This document shows, in pieces, positions 24,298 to 26,923 of a stretch of DNA of 26,923 bases. Source of the stretch: a virus (taxonomy: Duplodnaviria; Caudoviricetes); the IMG/VR virus record IMGVR_UViG_3300032316_000803, positions 1-26,923 of that record, one strand, 5' to 3'. Within the stretch, counting starts at the first letter, position 1. Every line of letters begins with the position of its first letter. A program made the translations under genes and the position numbers. The notes below the pieces were generated by a model. The model ran no database searches, was not told the origin of the DNA, and saw nothing but the letters and a program-made list of their open reading frames with translations.

Positions 24298-24599
24298 TTC
24301 GACCTCGCCTTCTTCTTGCGTGTCTTGCGAACCTTCTTGGCTGGCTTGGCGAGCGGCTCACGGTCCGCGCCGCTCCATCGGTCGCTGCAAATCGTGGCTT
24401 CGCAAGGCTTGGGCTCCGGCGGAACCACGATCTGCAACGCCGACTCAAATCGCTGATTCACCCGAGACAGCACCTCTAGCTCAGCGAGAAGCTGAGGCAC
24501 GGCGTTAGCGCAAAATGCGATAGCGTGTTCCGCGTCCAACTTGTTGGTCGCAGCGGCGATGCTGATGAGTCGAGCGTATGCAAGCAGTTTTTCGTTCAT
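24294..24599 (-). CDS. hypothetical protein with basic tail (101 aa)
   Basis: ATG 24599 MNEKLLAY; ATGA coupling to the helicase; no clear RBS. Confidence 0.65.
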   Translation of the reverse strand: MNEKLLAYARLISIAAATNKLDAEHAIAFCANAVPQLLAELEVLSRVNQRFESALQIVVPPEPKPCEATICSDRWSGADREPLAKPAKKVRKTRKKKARSK

Positions 24600-24602
24600 G
24601 GG

Positions 24603-24635
24603 AAAAAATGCCGGATGGCTTGGACGCTGTCCGGC
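24603..24635 (-). terminator. intrinsic terminator-like hairpin after the ERF gene
   Basis: Minus strand GCCGGACAGC-GTCCAA-GCCATCCGGC followed by ATTTTTT; stem has an internal mismatch. Confidence 0.55.
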
Positions 24636-24674
24636 GCAACGCTGAGGTTCACCCAAACCTGTGTTTGTGGATGG

Positions 24675-25355
24675 TCAGGCCAACACGGGCTGACGCTCTG
24701 CGGACTTGGCGGTTTCCTTCGAGTCGAGGTCGGCGGCGATCTTCTCGATCCGCTCGACGGCAGAGGGCGGAAGCATCCCCTCCGCAGCGCCCTTCTTCGC
24801 ACGGGCAACCTCTGACTTCCTGCCAGCGGAATCCTTCGCTGCCCGCACCTTCGCCACGAGAGCCTGCTCGATGCGGGACTCGTCGTTGGCAACCGATACC
24901 GCCATTGAGCGATTGGCCGTCTCGCCGTCGTCGTCGTCATCGGCGGCGATACCAACGGCCGCACACAGGGCAACCCGCTTGAGGTAGGTCGCCGTCTTGG
25001 CTAGTTCCTGCGGAGGAATGTTGCCCTTCATCGGGAGATAGGAACGCTCGAACTGGCCGCTGGAATGGCCGATGGTCGTGACGAGCATCACGCCGCCGTC
25101 ATCCTTGAACGGGTGGAACGTCTGCCGGATAGACAGGCCGTTCTTCCCGTAGACGGCCCTGACCGTGTCGAACACCGTCGCGAGGTCCGCGTAGTCGGGA
25201 AGCGTCTTTCCCGTCTCGCGGTCCTTCTTGGCCCAATTGGAGAAGCACGTTCGCGGAGCGTTGCGAAGCTCGCCAAACGCCTTGCCCATAGCGGAGTAAA
25301 GCTCGTCCACAAAGTCGCTACGCTCGTTCCAGATGCTCGTTGAAATCGCAGACAT
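24675..25355 (-). CDS. erf: ERF family single-strand annealing protein
   Basis: YADLATV..NGLSIRQ..TTIGHSSGQF..PQELAKTATYLKRVALCAAVGIAADDDDDG; GAGGAG RBS, TGATG coupling. Confidence 0.9.
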   Translation of the reverse strand: MSAISTSIWNERSDFVDELYSAMGKAFGELRNAPRTCFSNWAKKDRETGKTLPDYADLATVFDTVRAVYGKNGLSIRQTFHPFKDDGGVMLVTTIGHSSGQFERSYLPMKGNIPPQELAKTATYLKRVALCAAVGIAADDDDDGETANRSMAVSVANDESRIEQALVAKVRAAKDSAGRKSEVARAKKGAAEGMLPPSAVERIEKIAADLDSKETAKSAERQPVLA

Positions 25356-26434
25356 CAGACTCTCCTCAGTGCATGCGCCGGAAAGGGAAGCTCCACCACC
25401 TCGCCGTGTGATTCCGGCAACCACCAGTCGAGGTTTTCACGAAGACGAAGATCAGCGAGGGCGCGGACCATCTGCTCGCGGCCCTGCTCGACAACCTCCT
25501 CCGGCAACGTCACGACTTGAACGTCATGAGGCAGGGAGGTTGAGACGACGATGTACTGGAGTGGCTTCGGCTCAAGGCCGCAGGCTTCCATGCCAGCGCG
25601 ATACCACGCCTCTGAGAAGCCATAGCGGAAGTCGAGAACGGACTTCCAGAAGTTCGCGAGGATGTTCGTCTCGCGAGTGGTCTTGAGGTCGAGGACGATT
25701 CCGTCGCTCGTCACCGCATCGAAGCGGCAACGCAGCAGGTGTCCGTCGGCCGATTGCCAGCGGACCGAAATCTCTCGCTCGACGATGCGGTCCATCGCAT
25801 CGCGGACGGCCGGGTGCCGCGTAACGGCCTCAGCCTCCAGCCGAAGCTGGCGGGCGAGCTTGGGCGACACGACCGTCGCGTCCGGGCCAGCCTCATTTTG
25901 GGCCCACTTTAGGGCGTCTTTGCCAACCTGCCCGGTCGGTGTTAGCTTGTCTTCTGGAGGGACCGCCAGCGAGTCAAGGAAGGCATCGCCATGCTCGAAC
26001 CATTGGTGGAGCAGCGAGCCATGCTCTAAGGCATCGCTGCTCTGCTGGGGGATCGTGCAGGCGACGTAGCGGCCGTAGTAGAGGGCAGGCGAGTCAAGAA
26101 AGGTCTTGGCCCGACTGCAATTCCTATATGACTCGTCCCCGTGATAGTCGGCGTTGCTCTCTCCACGCCGAACATCCGCAACCGAAGGTCTTGCCGACGC
26201 AATCGCAGGGAAAGGGTGGCTGACGGGACTCGAACCCGCGACCCCTAGAATCACAATCTGGGGGTCGGACAGTCCTTCGGGGGCGCAGCTTTCAGCGGTA
26301 TCACCGCAGGTGGTGTATCCGTTCGCTGCGGACGCACCAATCAGGGGGTTGAGCGACTCCGGCTTTGCCGGGACAAGGTCACTAGCGACTCGGGACGCGC
26401 GTCGTGCAGCTTCGCTCACTACTGCCATGTTCAT
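25355..26434 (-). CDS. RecE/exonuclease VIII-like PD-(D/E)XK nuclease (DUF3799-like) with N-terminal extension containing the att core
   Basis: NADYH, GSLLH, REIS, RCRFD, DLKTT, FRY..EAWY; GGAGG just upstream of ATG 26434; no in-frame ATG/GTG/TTG between the tRNA fragment and the nuclease domain. Confidence 0.85.
   Translation of the reverse strand: MNMAVVSEAARRASRVASDLVPAKPESLNPLIGASAANGYTTCGDTAESCAPEGLSDPQIVILGVAGSSPVSHPFPAIASARPSVADVRRGESNADYHGDESYRNCSRAKTFLDSPALYYGRYVACTIPQQSSDALEHGSLLHQWFEHGDAFLDSLAVPPEDKLTPTGQVGKDALKWAQNEAGPDATVVSPKLARQLRLEAEAVTRHPAVRDAMDRIVEREISVRWQSADGHLLRCRFDAVTSDGIVLDLKTTRETNILANFWKSVLDFRYGFSEAWYRAGMEACGLEPKPLQYIVVSTSLPHDVQVVTLPEEVVEQGREQMVRALADLRLRENLDWWLPESHGEVVELPFPAHALRRV
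26214..26261 (-). mobile_element. attachment-site core: 3' half of tRNA-His(GTG), probable attP
   Basis: Minus strand CCAGA-TTGTGAT-TCTAG GGGTC GCGGG-TTCGAGT-CCCGT CAGCCACCC gives anticodon arm, T arm and 3' acceptor strand; no D arm or 5' acceptor; integrase about 170 nt away; phage sequence on both sides. Confidence 0.85.
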
Positions 26435-26923
26435 CGACCTCCATGCCGTCGCGTCTATCTACTGCCAGCAGCACATCCTTGCTGACGACTACGCAAAGAC
26501 TCTATTGCGTACCGCTAAAAATTGTCAACGGTTTACAAACGTAAATGATTTTCTCCGCCACCGCCTAACGCTCGTAAAGCCGATCACTGCGAAGAACGAC
26601 CGTGCCATGGTGCTGATCTTGCTGCGGTACGCCTACGATAATCGGATGCTCGCTGAGTATCCTCGCGGAGTCGCGACCATCAAAGCACCGAAGGCTCCGA
26701 CGAAGGCGTGGACTTTAGAGCAATGCTGTACGGCTGTCAAGTATGCCAGCCAGTTGCGAGGTAAACGCTTCCGCAACGGAGCAGACAAGGGAGCGTTTAT
26801 GGAGTGCTGGATTCGGCTTGGCTACGCCACTGGAGCGAGATACGCCGACATCATGGCGCTTCACAAGAAGCACTTTGCGCAGAATAGGCTGTACTACAGC
26901 CAGAGCAAGACCGGCAACGCGAT
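26427..26923 (+). CDS. int: tyrosine recombinase/integrase, 3'-truncated by window edge (not in ORF track)
   Basis: Hand translation MFIDLHAVASIY..KAWTLEQC..WIRLGYATGARYADIMAL (box I Arg)..QSKTG (catalytic Lys); open to the window end; exact start uncertain. Confidence 0.88.
   Translation, partial: MFIDLHAVASIYCQQHILADDYAKTLLRTAKNCQRFTNVNDFLRHRLTLVKPITAKNDRAMVLILLRYAYDNRMLAEYPRGVATIKAPKAPTKAWTLEQCCTAVKYASQLRGKRFRNGADKGAFMECWIRLGYATGARYADIMALHKKHFAQNRLYYSQSKTGNA
26499..26528 (-). promoter_or_regulatory. sigma70-type promoter for the leftward operon, inside the integrase CDS
   Basis: Minus strand TTGACA-18 nt-TAGAGT in a local AT-rich patch about 65 nt upstream of the recE-like ATG. Confidence 0.6.

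Noticed and set aside
26214-26300. Functional phage tRNA-His gene
   Set aside because: No D arm and no 5' acceptor strand complementary to CAGCCAC upstream; anticodon stem has a C-A mismatch; better explained as an att core.

Overview
GC-rich segment of a temperate tailed-phage genome; a Planctomycetota host is an inference from protein style only. No capsid or terminase genes, CRISPR array or intact RNA gene are visible. The left arm (1-12301, + strand) is an accessory/early-type region: many small genes, an amidoligase plus class II glutamine amidotransferase pair, a truncated beta-clamp homologue, a LexA-type DNA-binding domain, a MoxR-like AAA+ with a metallopeptidase-VWA partner, and a serine recombinase. 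It carries 8 same-strand copies of a CCGCTGCGGAGTCT motif, most lying just after a stop codon and 7-10 nt before a hairpin. The right arm (12231-26434, - strand) runs RecE-like exonuclease, ERF, SF2 helicase, nucleases, HD and dNTP diphosphohydrolases, a membrane-protein cluster with a papain-like protease, a LamG/FN3 tail-fibre-like protein and a sigma factor. A tyrosine integrase starts at the right edge. The most striking observation is that the 3' half of a tRNA-His gene (probable attP core) lies in frame inside the recE-like ORF, between its promoter/RBS and its nuclease domain, so integration would disconnect the recombination/replication operon from its promoter. All family assignments come from motif recognition by eye; no searches were run.
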